Source of the DNA: an uncultured Bacilli bacterium
GTDB taxonomy: Bacteria; Bacillota_I; Bacilli_A; RF39; UBA660
Direction of reading: 5' to 3'
NCBI GenBank assembly: GCA_934087065.1
Contig: CAKOIS010000004.1
Location: 419-64,418 of the forward strand
DNA: 64,000 nt
This document shows, piece by piece, positions 49,578 through 60,924 of this stretch (within the stretch, counting starts at the first letter, position 1; every line of letters starts with the position of its first letter). Under the pieces are notes generated by a model. The model did not search any database. It had not been told where the DNA came from and saw only the letters and a program-made list of their open reading frames with translations. The translations under genes were made by a program, and so were the position numbers.

Positions 49578-51134
49578 TTAATATGTTAATGTTGGATAAC
49601 TTCCAATACCAATAGGTAACCCTGTAATATAGAACCCTAATATTAAAATTACCCACATAACTAACATCACTACTAAATAACTTCTTAAATATTTAAAAGT
49701 TCCAAACAATGTTACTTTATCATTCTTATCATATTTTATTAAAAGAGCTAAATATATAACAAAATAAGGTGTAAGTGGCGTGAATGCCATACTTATACTA
49801 GAACCTGCTACATATATTATTTGTGCAAACTCTGGACTAATACTTGAATTCATTAATGCTGGTACTACTGTACTAGACATAATCTTCCACTTACTTAAAA
49901 GTCCAGTATATATAAGTCCACTTAATATACATATTACAAATAATAACAAGATTAACCCGATTCCACTAAATTTAAACACATTTATTAAGTTAGTAAGAAG
50001 TGCTACAAATACAAGTCCTATATTACTTTTATCAAATGTATTAATAAATAAACTAGCTACAAATATTAAAACTAATATATTACCAATACCATCTAAACTA
50101 TAACTTAAACACTCACTTATTTCCTTATCCCCCTTAACTGTTTTAGCAACACTCGCATAAGTAAATCCAGCTATTATAAACAAGAATGTAACTATAAACA
50201 CAAAACCTTGATTAAATAAACTATTACTTCCAAATAGTTTATCAATATAATGTGTTTGACTTGCATCCAACAAGCCTCCACTTAAAGGTAAACCAGGTAT
50301 TATCATATAAATAATGATTAATATGTATAGTATAGATGCACCCATACTACATACAAATCCTCTTAATTCTCTTTTACTAAAATTAACGTTATCTAGTGTT
50401 TCTACTTCATCAAATTCATACTTACCCAAACTAGGCATTATTGTTTTTTCTGTTACTCTAGTAAGCAAAATAGAACCAGCTATTATTGCAACTAACATAA
50501 TAAATAATTGAAAGAATATACCTATTTCATAAGTACTATCTATGACTTTAGCACTACTTACAGTTAATGTAAGTAAACTACTTTCTATACTAGTTAAAAA
50601 CACATTTATTCCAGTACCAAAGCAAATACCTGCAAAACTAGCGATTATTCCTCCCAAAGGATTTCTATGTCCATATTTAAACAACATCGCGCCTATTGGA
50701 AGTAAAAGCACAAACCCAATATCTCCAAATAAACTTGATATAATACTTAGTAATATTAATATATATGTAATACTGTTTTTCCTAAAACTTTGAGTTATCA
50801 AAGTAAAGAACGTTCTAGCTAAACCTGTTTTCTCTAACACACCAATACCAATAAGAATAATTATTAAATTACCTAGAGGTGCAAAATTAACAAAGTTATT
50901 TACTGTACTAGTAAGTATATACTTTATTCCATCAAAACTAAACAAATTCTCTACTTGTATTACATTATTCTGAATAGTGCTAGTATATTGATTAACCGTA
51001 CTATATTCAGCTTGAAAATTAAATAAAGATAACACAAAGCTAAGAAGCATTACTCCAATTGTAAGCAATATAAACACAAAAACAGGATTTCTCTTATTTT
51101 TCATTTTCCACCACTTTCTTAAGTTTCTTTTCAA
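49578..51134 (-). CDS. AbgT-family transporter (p-aminobenzoyl-glutamate/antimetabolite efflux family)
   Basis: Polytopic; conserved AbgT N-terminal region (LIIILIGIGVLEKTGL). Confidence 0.6.
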   Translation of the reverse strand: MKRNLRKWWKMKNKRNPVFVFILLTIGVMLLSFVLSLFNFQAEYSTVNQYTSTIQNNVIQVENLFSFDGIKYILTSTVNNFVNFAPLGNLIIILIGIGVLEKTGLARTFFTLITQSFRKNSITYILILLSIISSLFGDIGFVLLLPIGAMLFKYGHRNPLGGIIASFAGICFGTGINVFLTSIESSLLTLTVSSAKVIDSTYEIGIFFQLFIMLVAIIAGSILLTRVTEKTIMPSLGKYEFDEVETLDNVNFSKRELRGFVCSMGASILYILIIIYMIIPGLPLSGGLLDASQTHYIDKLFGSNSLFNQGFVFIVTFLFIIAGFTYASVAKTVKGDKEISECLSYSLDGIGNILVLIFVASLFINTFDKSNIGLVFVALLTNLINVFKFSGIGLILLLFVICILSGLIYTGLLSKWKIMSSTVVPALMNSSISPEFAQIIYVAGSSISMAFTPLTPYFVIYLALLIKYDKNDKVTLFGTFKYLRSYLVVMLVMWVILILGFYITGLPIGIGSYPTLTY

Positions 51135-51279
51135 ACTCTAATCTATCCATCATTATAGTTCTACCACAATTAACACATTTAAGCTTGATATCAACACCAA
51201 GCCTAACTATCTCCCATAAGTTAGTACCACATGGATGCGCTTTTTTCATTATAACTATACTTCCTATACCATATTTCAT
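51094..51279 (-). CDS. DUF951 small protein (YyzM-like)
   Basis: GDIVxMKKxHPCGxNxWEIxRxGxDIxxKCxxCG pattern characteristic of DUF951. Confidence 0.8.
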   Translation of the reverse strand: MKYGIGSIVIMKKAHPCGTNLWEIVRLGVDIKLKCVNCGRTIMMDRLEFEKKLKKVVENEK

Positions 51280-51281
51280 AG

Positions 51282-52175
51282 TTAATCCCCTATTTCTATA
51301 TTTAATATTTCTAATATTCTTTCTAAATCTTTATCACTATCATATGGAATTACTATCTTATTATTATTAATCTTAACCATAGTACCAATTTTCTCTCTCA
51401 TGATACTCTGTACTATACTGTGTCTTTCATCCACTTGAATATGTTTCTTAATAGGAACCTTTTTAACAGAATTATTATCATTAATTATATCTTCTAACTC
51501 TCTTACACTCAAATTCTTATTTACAACATCTTGTGCTAAACTAAAGATTTCACTCTCATCTTCAAGTTTACTAAGACACCTTGCATGTCCCATAGTAATC
51601 TTATTATTTAAAACTAAATCTTGTACTTTACTAGGTAATTTTAAAATACCAAGAATATTAGTTATATGACTTCTACTCTTTCCTACTTTAGTAGCTAATT
51701 CTTCCTGAGTAATGTGCATAACTTCTATCATTTTCTTATATGCAAGAGCCTCTTCTATTATATTTAAGTTTTCTCTCTGAATATTCTCAAGAAGCGCTAT
51801 GCTCATCATTTCTTCGTCATTAAAGTCTCTTATAATTGCAGGAACTTCACTAAGTCCAGCCATCTTAGCAGCTATACTTCTTCTTTCTCCAGCAACAATC
51901 TCATACCCTTTAATGCTCTTTTTAACAATGATAGGCTCTAATATACCATACTCTTTAATACTACTAGCAAGTCCCTCAAGTAACTCTTTATCAAACACTT
52001 TTCTTGGCTGATAAGGATTACTTCTAAGTTCATTTAAATTAATCATTAGAATTTCATCTTTATTTGCATTATCTACAACATTCTTCTCAAACTCTTCTAG
52101 GTTAAAAGCTTCTCCACTAAATAGTTGTTCTAGCCCCTTCCCTAGTGCTTTTCTCTTGTTTTCCATTTCTTTCAA
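51282..52175 (-). CDS. parB: Chromosome partitioning protein ParB/Spo0J
   Basis: ParB box IVAGERR, HTH; true start probably an internal Met (MENKRKALGKGL). Confidence 0.9.
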   Translation of the reverse strand: MKEMENKRKALGKGLEQLFSGEAFNLEEFEKNVVDNANKDEILMINLNELRSNPYQPRKVFDKELLEGLASSIKEYGILEPIIVKKSIKGYEIVAGERRSIAAKMAGLSEVPAIIRDFNDEEMMSIALLENIQRENLNIIEEALAYKKMIEVMHITQEELATKVGKSRSHITNILGILKLPSKVQDLVLNNKITMGHARCLSKLEDESEIFSLAQDVVNKNLSVRELEDIINDNNSVKKVPIKKHIQVDERHSIVQSIMREKIGTMVKINNNKIVIPYDSDKDLERILEILNIEIGD

Positions 52176-52941
52176 TCACTTCCTTTGCTAAATTAATATA
52201 AGCTAAAGCTCCTCTACACTTTGGGTCATACTCCAAAATTGGTTTTCCATGACTTGGTGCTTCAACAAGTCTAACAAGTCTTGGAATAATAGTATTAAAT
52301 ACCTTCTCTTTGAAGAACTTCCTTACATCTTCAACAACCTCAAGCCCCACTAATGTTCTACCATCAAGCATTGTAAGTAAAACACCCTCTATATCTAACT
52401 TTGGGTTAATCTTACTTTGTGTAAGTAAAATTGTATTTAAAAGTTGTGTAACCCCTTCAAGTGAATAATATTCACATTGTACAGGTATTAATACACTATC
52501 ACTAGCAGCAAGTGCATTAGTAGTAAGAACACCAAGTGCAGGTGGACAATCTATTAAAATATAATCATATCTGTCTCTTATTAAATCTATCTGCAACTTA
52601 AGTTGATCCCCTATTATAAAATCACTTTCTTTACTAGCCATTTGAATTAACTCTATTTCTGCTCCACTTAAATAAATCATAGATGGAATAATAGATAAAT
52701 TCTTAAATTTTGTTTTAATAATAGCATCTCTTATATCTGAGTTATGTGTAATAACATCATAGATACTCTTATTAATATTAGCTTTATTAAGACCTAGCCC
52801 AGTAGTACTATTACTTTGTGGGTCTAAATCTATTAATAAAACCTTTTTACCTAAATGCCCTAAAGCACTAGATAAATTTATACTTGTTGTTGTTTTGCCT
52901 ACCCCACCCTTTTGATTTACAAGTGATATAACCTTTCCCAT
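52117..52941 (-). CDS. parA: Chromosome partitioning ATPase ParA/Soj
   Basis: Deviant Walker A KGGVGKTTT. Confidence 0.9.
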   Translation of the reverse strand: MGKVISLVNQKGGVGKTTTSINLSSALGHLGKKVLLIDLDPQSNSTTGLGLNKANINKSIYDVITHNSDIRDAIIKTKFKNLSIIPSMIYLSGAEIELIQMASKESDFIIGDQLKLQIDLIRDRYDYILIDCPPALGVLTTNALAASDSVLIPVQCEYYSLEGVTQLLNTILLTQSKINPKLDIEGVLLTMLDGRTLVGLEVVEDVRKFFKEKVFNTIIPRLVRLVEAPSHGKPILEYDPKCRGALAYINLAKEVIERNGKQEKSTREGARTTI

Positions 52942-53114
52942 AATACTACCTCGCTATAGAATATTTTAACACAAAAAACACTAACTTAAAAGAGATTATT
53001 AAAAACTTTCAAAATAATTTTTAATAAACCATATAATATTGGTTCACATACCTAAAATAAGAAATCACTTTTTTAACATAATTATAAAAATTAATAAATA
53101 TATTAATTTATACA

Positions 53115-54107
53115 TTATCTATTTAATAACCAGTCAATAATATTTTTATGAATAATCCCATCTTGTGACATATCTATAGTATCTTCAGAAATTACATATT
53201 TTGGATAATTGTCTTTTATATTTTTATATGCACCAAATTCTCTTTTAATAACATTATCATCACTTAATATATAACATACCTGATAATACTCGATTTTACC
53301 ATTTTTTGTAGCAATAAAATCAATTTCACCCTTTTCCAGTAATCCTATTTTAACATCATAACCTCTTGATATTAATTCATTATAAACAATATTTTCCAAA
53401 TATGCTCCCATCTGAGGTCTTTTAGATATATTCATTACTTGACCTATTCCTAAATCTGTTAAATAATATTTATACTTACCATTTAATATTCTTTTCTCTC
53501 TAACATCATATCTACTAACTTTATTAATTAACATAGCCTTTGACATATATTCTAAATAATTATATAAAGTGGTTTTTGTTAACCCTCTATCATCATTGGT
53601 ATTAAAATATTTTATTAAATTTTCAGCTGAAAAAGTTTGAGATGGAGTAGTTACAATATATTCTACTATCCTATTAAACAAATCTATATCTTTTATAGAA
53701 AACCTCTCTACAATGTCTTTCATCACTATAGAATTATATATATCAGTTAAATAAGTTCTACATTGTTCTTCATCAGTTAATGCAAATCTTTGTGGCAAAC
53801 CACCAAAAATAATATAATCATCAAAATATTTGACTAACTCATATTTATCTTTATTTATTATTCCATTAAGTTCACAAACTTCACTAAACATAAACGGAAG
53901 AACATTAAACCTTACATATCTGCCTGCTAAATGAGTAGCTAGTTCTCCAGACAATAAGTCACTATTTGATCCAGTTATAAAAATTGAAACATTATCTCTA
54001 AAATCAGCTTTAAATGAATTAACTGCTTTTTCCCAATTAGAAATATTTTGTATTCTACAAAATACATAATCACACTTTTTTCTAATTTTGTATTCCAAAC
54101 AATACAA
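53115..54107 (-). pseudogene. N-terminally truncated AAA_14 + DUF4143 ATPase (Walker A region missing, Walker B DE replaced by CR)
   Basis: ORF aligns to the family only from the region around ...IFITGSNSDLL...GRYVRFNVLPFMFSE onward; VFCRIQN sits where vfiDEIQ is expected; no in-frame upstream sequence before ftsH. Confidence 0.5.
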
Positions 54108-54137
54108 AAAATATTATTTTTAAAAAAATTGAAGATT

Positions 54138-56015
54138 TTACTCTTCAACTTTATCTTTCTTTTTAGCTTTCTTGCCTTCATTATATTCTCTTACTACTTC
54201 TTCAATTTCTTCTTTAGTAATTGTTTCTTTTTCATATAATGTCTTAGCTAAAGCTTCAACTAATCCTTTATTCTTAGATAAGATATCCTTAGCATTCTTA
54301 TAACATTCATTTATAATCTTTCTAATTTCTTTATCTATTTCTAAAGCAACAGCATCACTATAGTTTTTACTACTATTAGTATAATCTCTTCCTAAGAATA
54401 CTTCTCCACTTTTATGTTCAAATTGTACAGGACCCAAGTCACTCATACCATATTCAGTAACCATACTTCTTGCTATTTGAGTAGCTCTTTTAAAGTCATC
54501 TGAAGCTCCTGTTGATATTTCACCACAGAACAATTCTTCACTAACTCTACCACCTAAATAACTTGTAATTCTTTGAAGTAACTCATACTTAGTAGCAACC
54601 AAAGTTCTCTCTTCCTTAGGTAGCATTTGAGTATACCCTCCAGCCATACCTCTAGGAATAATTGTAATCTTATGAACTTCTTCACCATTAGGAAGTTCTA
54701 TTCCTAAAACGGCGTGTCCACTTTCATGATAAGCTACTATATTCTTTTCATAATCTGTTACTTTTCTACTAACTTTAGCAGGTCCCATAAGAACCCTATC
54801 ACTAGCTTCGTCTATCTCATCCATTCCAATATCGTCTTTATTTCTTCTAACAGCTAAAAGTGCAGCTTCATTAAGTAAGTTTTCTAAGTCGGCTCCACTA
54901 TACCCTGGAGTTCTCTCAGCTATTCTCTTCAAGTTGACAGCTTTATCAAAAATTTTACCCTTAGCATGAACATTAAGTATAGCTTCTCTTTCTCTAACAT
55001 CTGGTAAATTAACAGTAACTTGTCTATCAAATCTACCTGGTCTTAAAAGTGCAGGATCAAGTACATCTGGTCTATTAGTTGCAGCTATAATTATAATACC
55101 TTCATTAGCCCCAAAACCATCCATCTCAGTAAGTAATTGGTTTAAAGTTTGTTCTCTTTCATCATGTCCTCCACCTAAACCTGTTCCTCTTTGTCTACCC
55201 ACTGCATCTATTTCATCAATAAATATTAAACATGGAGCATTTTGTTTAGCTTGTTTAAACATATCTCTTACACGTGATGCACCAACACCAACGAATAACT
55301 CAACGAAATCACTTCCACTTATATAATAAAATGGTACCTTAGCTTCTCCAGCTACTGCTTTTGCAAGTAATGTTTTACCTGTTCCTGGAGGACCAACTAA
55401 TAAAACACCTTTAGGAATTCTAGCACCTAACTTTTGAAACTTCTTAGGACTCTTTAAAAAGTCTATTAACTCTTTAACTTCCTCTTTCTCTTCATTAAGT
55501 CCAGCAACATCCTTAAATGTTACTTTTCCTCCTTCTTGATTAAGTTTAGCTCTACTTCTTCCAAAGTCTAGTGTTCCACCTTTTCCATTACCCATCATTG
55601 CTCTTACCAAATAAACAGTAAGTCCACCAATTAAAAGTATTGGCACAAAATCTAAAACTATTACTAACCAGCTAACACTTCCTGGGTCTTTATTAATCTT
55701 AACATCTAGTTGTTGTTCATTACTAATACTAAGAATGTTATCAATAACACTATCTGTATATGGAACAATCAACTTAAATGTCTCGTTTTTACTATAGTTT
55801 TCTAGTTTACCAGTTATCAAATATACACTATCACTATCTTTTGGTGTAACAGTTAATTCCTTAACCTTTTCTCCTTTTAAATTAGTTAAAAACTCATTAT
55901 AATTCATTTCATTAACCTTAACATTATTTAAATTAAATGTATAGTAAATAATACCAACTACAAATATAAGCATAATATAAGGCATAATGTCTTTAAACAT
56001 ATTTTTCTTTTTCAT
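54138..56015 (-). CDS. ftsH: ATP-dependent zinc metalloprotease FtsH
   Basis: 2 TM, AAA Walker [18 protein letters not shown] zinc motif. Confidence 0.95.
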   Translation of the reverse strand: MKKKNMFKDIMPYIMLIFVVGIIYYTFNLNNVKVNEMNYNEFLTNLKGEKVKELTVTPKDSDSVYLITGKLENYSKNETFKLIVPYTDSVIDNILSISNEQQLDVKINKDPGSVSWLVIVLDFVPILLIGGLTVYLVRAMMGNGKGGTLDFGRSRAKLNQEGGKVTFKDVAGLNEEKEEVKELIDFLKSPKKFQKLGARIPKGVLLVGPPGTGKTLLAKAVAGEAKVPFYYISGSDFVELFVGVGASRVRDMFKQAKQNAPCLIFIDEIDAVGRQRGTGLGGGHDEREQTLNQLLTEMDGFGANEGIIIIAATNRPDVLDPALLRPGRFDRQVTVNLPDVREREAILNVHAKGKIFDKAVNLKRIAERTPGYSGADLENLLNEAALLAVRRNKDDIGMDEIDEASDRVLMGPAKVSRKVTDYEKNIVAYHESGHAVLGIELPNGEEVHKITIIPRGMAGGYTQMLPKEERTLVATKYELLQRITSYLGGRVSEELFCGEISTGASDDFKRATQIARSMVTEYGMSDLGPVQFEHKSGEVFLGRDYTNSSKNYSDAVALEIDKEIRKIINECYKNAKDILSKNKGLVEALAKTLYEKETITKEEIEEVVREYNEGKKAKKKDKVEE

Positions 56016-56030
56016 AATCTCTTCCTTTCT

Positions 56031-57356
56031 TTAATAGTACTTAAGTATTATATCACACTTTTTACCTTTTTCTACATCAAATTTACTCTTTTTAAGTCCA
56101 GGTATCCAAATAATGTTATTTTCTGCATCACTCACAACTGGCCAAACATGTCTATCTTTTGTAGAAATCTTACTATCTATAAATATATCATTAACCTTTT
56201 TATGTCCATTCATTCCTTTAACCATCATCTTGTCTCCATTTCTTCTAGTTCTAACATAAAGAGGTAATGTAATATCATCAATATTTAGTCTAATAGTATT
56301 GTTACTAGTATCTTCGCAACTACTTACTACTTCAATATTCTTTCCATTAGGTAAATTCACAACATCATTTATCTCAATTTCATACACGTTAGATTCTTCT
56401 TCTTCATAATCAAAACTAACTTCATCATAAGCTCTTACCACTTTAACATTATTAGGTAAATGAACCACACTATTAGGAGTTTCTTTATTTATTAAATCAA
56501 ATATCAAATTAACATGTGTACTAGTAACAATGAATAAATCATCTCCATATATTTTCTCTAGTATACTATAAATAATCTTACTTTGAATTAAATAGTCAAG
56601 CTCTTTAAACTTAGGAATATCTAACACTCCACCTTTAAATACTTTAGTGATCACTTCTTTAATTTCTTTATCTATATAATTATTATATAAAAGCAAAGTC
56701 TCACTAAACTTCAAAAACTTTTCATGTACTAACGGGTCTTCCTTCTTTAAAAATGGTAGCATATACTTTCTATATCTATTTCTTGTATGTACGTCATCTA
56801 AGTTAGTCTTATCTATATAATATTTTACCCCATTTTCTTCACAATATTTAACTAAAGTATCTTTTGTAACACTAATTAAAGGTCTAATAATTGTATACCC
56901 ATCTCTACCAACACACTTACTAAATCCACTATATCCTTTTAAAGTAGAACCTCTTACTATACGCATAAGAACAGTTTCAATTAAATCATCCCCATGATGT
57001 GCTGTCATTAAATATTTAGCATTGTATTCTCTTACTATCTTTTCAAAAAAATTATACCTAACAGTTCTAGCTTCATTCTCAAAGTTATCATCTCCCCAGT
57101 TTTTAACACTTAGTCCTTCAAAAATAACTCCTACTTCTTTAGCATAATCTCTTACATAAATTTCTTCTTCTTTACTTTCTTCCCTAACATTATGATTAAC
57201 ATGCGCTACTATTAAAACTAAATCTAGTTCACTTTTAAGTTTAAGCATAATACTAAGTAAAGCCATCGAGTCAGGCCCACCACTTATCCCTAAAACTATA
57301 GTATCTCTGTATCTTATACCACTCTTGTTAAGTAAATAATCATATACTTCATTCAT
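56031..57356 (-). CDS. tilS: tRNA(Ile)-lysidine synthetase
   Basis: PP-loop SGGPDS; start likely at internal Met (MNEVYDY) avoiding overlap. Confidence 0.9.
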   Translation of the reverse strand: MNEVYDYLLNKSGIRYRDTIVLGISGGPDSMALLSIMLKLKSELDLVLIVAHVNHNVREESKEEEIYVRDYAKEVGVIFEGLSVKNWGDDNFENEARTVRYNFFEKIVREYNAKYLMTAHHGDDLIETVLMRIVRGSTLKGYSGFSKCVGRDGYTIIRPLISVTKDTLVKYCEENGVKYYIDKTNLDDVHTRNRYRKYMLPFLKKEDPLVHEKFLKFSETLLLYNNYIDKEIKEVITKVFKGGVLDIPKFKELDYLIQSKIIYSILEKIYGDDLFIVTSTHVNLIFDLINKETPNSVVHLPNNVKVVRAYDEVSFDYEEEESNVYEIEINDVVNLPNGKNIEVVSSCEDTSNNTIRLNIDDITLPLYVRTRRNGDKMMVKGMNGHKKVNDIFIDSKISTKDRHVWPVVSDAENNIIWIPGLKKSKFDVEKGKKCDIILKYY

Positions 57357-57357
57357 A

Positions 57358-57990
57358 TTATTCCCCCACAACAATATACAATTTATTATTATCTTTAATT
57401 AAAGTAAATACTTCACTGTTCTTATATCCCAAATCTTCTTGATATTCCCAACTAGCACTAACTTTATATCCAGAATACTCTTTATCTTTATATGTATAAG
57501 TAATACTTTCTATATTAGTCACATCAACTTTCTTTACAATAGGTAACTCTTGCACTCTATCTCCATAAATATTAGTTTTAACATGATTATACATAGTATC
57601 CCCTGCATGCATTTTAAAGTTCTCTACCATATCACTAGGAATAAATTCAACACCGCCTATATCACTACTAGTAAGTTTATTATCCAAAGTATAAAAATCA
57701 CTCACAAATAATTTTACTATTTCTTTAGCATAATCTTCATAATTAACTTCATCACTATTTAAAGTACTCTTTAAATCATTAAAATACTCTTTATATAAAG
57801 CGCTATCATAATCATCTAGTGTATAGCCATATAACTCTAAACTATCAAGTTCTTTCTTTGTAACCACGTTCTTATCATCTTTAACTAAAAACTCAAAAGT
57901 AAACTTTACACCAATTACTATAATAACTATTAAGATTAAACTAATCATAACAAAATAGAATAACTTATTTTTATTTAAAACTTTCTTCAT
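57358..57990 (-). CDS. Membrane-anchored extracytoplasmic protein, unknown
   Basis: N-terminal TM; coupled (4-nt overlap) to upstream ltaS. Confidence 0.4.
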   Translation of the reverse strand: MKKVLNKNKLFYFVMISLILIVIIVIGVKFTFEFLVKDDKNVVTKKELDSLELYGYTLDDYDSALYKEYFNDLKSTLNSDEVNYEDYAKEIVKLFVSDFYTLDNKLTSSDIGGVEFIPSDMVENFKMHAGDTMYNHVKTNIYGDRVQELPIVKKVDVTNIESITYTYKDKEYSGYKVSASWEYQEDLGYKNSEVFTLIKDNNKLYIVVGE

Positions 57991-59954
57991 CTTTTTATCC
58001 TTTCTAATTTTTCACTCTCCGTGCTTATCAAATTATGCACAATTATACCTTTACTTACCTCAAGTCTCATTTCAGCATATAACTTAATTTGATCAATATA
58101 CTCACTACTAATAGGCTCCGAAGTCAAAGAAACATATTCATCTCTTAAATTGTTATAAAATACTTTATTTGTAATAATATCTCCATTAGGAAAAACAACT
58201 ATTTTATCATTACTACTGAAAATATCATTTCCTAAAGGATACTTATAACTTAAATTAAACATGTTTGCTACAGTTGGAAACACATCCCACATTCCCATCA
58301 CATCTTTAACTTCACCATTTATTATACCATTACTTGTATAGATAATCAAAGGTGTATTTTTAAGAATATCATATTGGTAATTGTCTAAATCAACATAAGT
58401 AGGGTCAAGTTTATTCTTATATTCGCCTGATTTTTCATCATAATTATATAACAAATTCAAATTTTTCTTACCTAGTTTACTCTCATGATCCCCATATAAC
58501 ATGAATACGGTGTCCTCGTCTAACCCATTTTCTTTAACAAGTTTAAAGAACTCGCCAAGTGCTTCATCAGCATAATGTGCACTCTTTAAATAGTTACCCA
58601 TTTCTGTATCATTTAGATACCCTAAATCAATATCACCATATTTAGTAACATCATCAAATGGACTATGATTACTTAACGTAATAATCTTACCCATATACTT
58701 AGTATTACTCTCTTTAACATTCTTTAAAATAGGAATAATTTGTTTAAAGAAAGACTTATCACTTAACCCAAGCCCTACTAAATCTTCACTTTTCTTGTCA
58801 GTTGGTACTTCAAAATAAGATTTATCAAAATACTCTTTATATCCTAAAGTATTATACATATTCTTTCTATTCCAATAATCTCCCACATTAGCATGCATAC
58901 TAAATGTGTAGTAGCCTTTATTATTAAAAGCATTCTCCATACTTTCATATTTTCTATTAAAATAATTTACAAACACTGTCCCAGAAGAACTTGGTAAAAG
59001 CCCAGTACTTAAAGTAAACTCTGTATCACTACTTGTCCCTATACTAATTTGTGGATAAAACTTACTAAAATACATTCCTTCCTTACTAAGTTTATTTATA
59101 TTAGGAGTTATCTCTACTCCATTAACTTTTAAATCAATTAAGAAATTTTGAATACTCTCCATATGAATAAATATTACATTCTTATCTTCAAATATATTGG
59201 TGTATTTATTTGCCTCATAAGTTCTACCTTTACTATAAAACTCTAAAAACGCATGAGCACTCTCGTCATATCCAAACATCGGACTAATCGCAGGAGTTAA
59301 GCTTGTTACCATATCACTTAACATATAAGTATATATTCCAAATCTTTTAACAACTGCATCCCTATTCCATAGTTTAACTAATTTACTCCCATCACTCTTT
59401 GTCATAGTAAGTCCTATCATAATTCCAAGGATAAGTGCACACACTCCAGTCCTTCTGAACATCAACTTTCCTTTTTCATCTTTTCCAACATTATAATAAT
59501 AATTCTTTTTAACAAGAAGTTTATTAACTACTATAAGTGTTATAGGCGCAAATAGATAGACAAAATACTCTAGGCTTAATCTAGTAGTAACCGAATCACT
59601 TACTTGTCCAAACATACTCATTGTACTAAGTAAACTTACACTTACATAATTAGTATAAAACATATAATAAATAGAATTAACAACACATATAAGTGTAAAA
59701 ACTATATTAACACTCAAAAAATACTTAAACTGATTTTTAGGCTTAAACAAATAACCAAAAGACCCAAAAATAAGAATAACCACTAAGTCCCATACAAAAG
59801 GTCTAAAATCAAATGTTAACCCCATTGTTAAAGCTCTAAGTAAAGTCCCAATTATTAAAGAGGTTAATAAGTATGTCAAAAACAAAATATTAGTACTATA
59901 ATACTTTTTAAATTTCTTAACAAAGTTTTTAATAGTATTCTTCATTCTAATCAT
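57987..59954 (-). CDS. ltaS: Lipoteichoic acid synthase LtaS-family protein (5 TM + sulfatase domain)
   Basis: N-terminal polytopic region followed by extracellular sulfatase-like domain, ~650 aa. Confidence 0.75.
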   Translation of the reverse strand: MIRMKNTIKNFVKKFKKYYSTNILFLTYLLTSLIIGTLLRALTMGLTFDFRPFVWDLVVILIFGSFGYLFKPKNQFKYFLSVNIVFTLICVVNSIYYMFYTNYVSVSLLSTMSMFGQVSDSVTTRLSLEYFVYLFAPITLIVVNKLLVKKNYYYNVGKDEKGKLMFRRTGVCALILGIMIGLTMTKSDGSKLVKLWNRDAVVKRFGIYTYMLSDMVTSLTPAISPMFGYDESAHAFLEFYSKGRTYEANKYTNIFEDKNVIFIHMESIQNFLIDLKVNGVEITPNINKLSKEGMYFSKFYPQISIGTSSDTEFTLSTGLLPSSSGTVFVNYFNRKYESMENAFNNKGYYTFSMHANVGDYWNRKNMYNTLGYKEYFDKSYFEVPTDKKSEDLVGLGLSDKSFFKQIIPILKNVKESNTKYMGKIITLSNHSPFDDVTKYGDIDLGYLNDTEMGNYLKSAHYADEALGEFFKLVKENGLDEDTVFMLYGDHESKLGKKNLNLLYNYDEKSGEYKNKLDPTYVDLDNYQYDILKNTPLIIYTSNGIINGEVKDVMGMWDVFPTVANMFNLSYKYPLGNDIFSSNDKIVVFPNGDIITNKVFYNNLRDEYVSLTSEPISSEYIDQIKLYAEMRLEVSKGIIVHNLISTESEKLERIKR

Positions 59955-60040
59955 TCCTCACAACAATATTTTACCAAATTTCAAAAGAAAAGTCATTAAA
60001 TACACATCATTTTCACAATATTGTCACAATTAAAAAAAGA

Positions 60041-60922
60041 TTAAACATGATTTTTACTCATTTTAACCTTTTCTTCAATTTCTTTTAACTTAATTGCATT
60101 AGTTTCTTCTATTTTCTTTTCAACTGTATTATAGTTAAAAGATAATCCTAATACAAATATGAACGCTAGAAAATAGAACCACACCATAAGTGTTACTATT
60201 GTACTAAGTCCAGCATAATAAATGTTATATGTAGCAATATGCTTAATGTAATAGCTATACACTAAAGTTACTAAGAACCAACAAACAGTTGTAAACACAG
60301 CACCTTTATTAACATACTTACTCTTTATTTTCTCATCAGGCGCTATTATAAAGATTAGTTTTATTCCCAAGTACATCACAAATAATGTAAGCGGAACATT
60401 TAATACTGGATAAAGCATTTTTAATACATCAATTATCTTATTATTAAATCCAATATAAGTTAACACTGTAAGTATCTGTTCACCAAACACAGGTACAACT
60501 AACATGAATGTAAATAGTAGGAATAACACAAGTGTTAAAACAAAAGCTTTCATTCTTCTAACAAAATAATTTTTATTCTCTATATTAAATATCATATTAC
60601 TTGCAACTATTATTGCATCAGCACCATTACTAACTATAAAGAATGCAACTAATATATAAACTATAAAACCAAATGACAAACCCTGATTTGTAAGTATAGG
60701 CGTAACTAAACTAGCTAGTTCACTACTAAAATTACTCTCCAAAAACTCTGTAATATAACTAGTTGATAAATTAAACTCTGTTGCTATCAAAAGAAGTATT
60801 GAAATAATTGGTACAACCGCTAGAACAAAGTAATACGCAAGACTACTAGGCAAAGTAAGCATTTCAGGTTTCATCATCATATCATATAAGTTTTTACAAA
60901 ATACTTTAAACCTATCTAGCAT
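60041..60922 (-). CDS. YihY/BrkB-family membrane protein
   Basis: 6 TM; conserved SLAYYFVLAVVPI-type N-terminal region. Confidence 0.65.
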   Translation of the reverse strand: MLDRFKVFCKNLYDMMMKPEMLTLPSSLAYYFVLAVVPIISILLLIATEFNLSTSYITEFLESNFSSELASLVTPILTNQGLSFGFIVYILVAFFIVSNGADAIIVASNMIFNIENKNYFVRRMKAFVLTLVLFLLFTFMLVVPVFGEQILTVLTYIGFNNKIIDVLKMLYPVLNVPLTLFVMYLGIKLIFIIAPDEKIKSKYVNKGAVFTTVCWFLVTLVYSYYIKHIATYNIYYAGLSTIVTLMVWFYFLAFIFVLGLSFNYNTVEKKIEETNAIKLKEIEEKVKMSKNHV

Positions 60923-60924
60923 AC

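Noticed and set aside
51094-52941. parS site within or near parB
   Set aside because: Could not find a TGTTNCACGTGAAACA-like 16-mer by eye; needs a computational scan.
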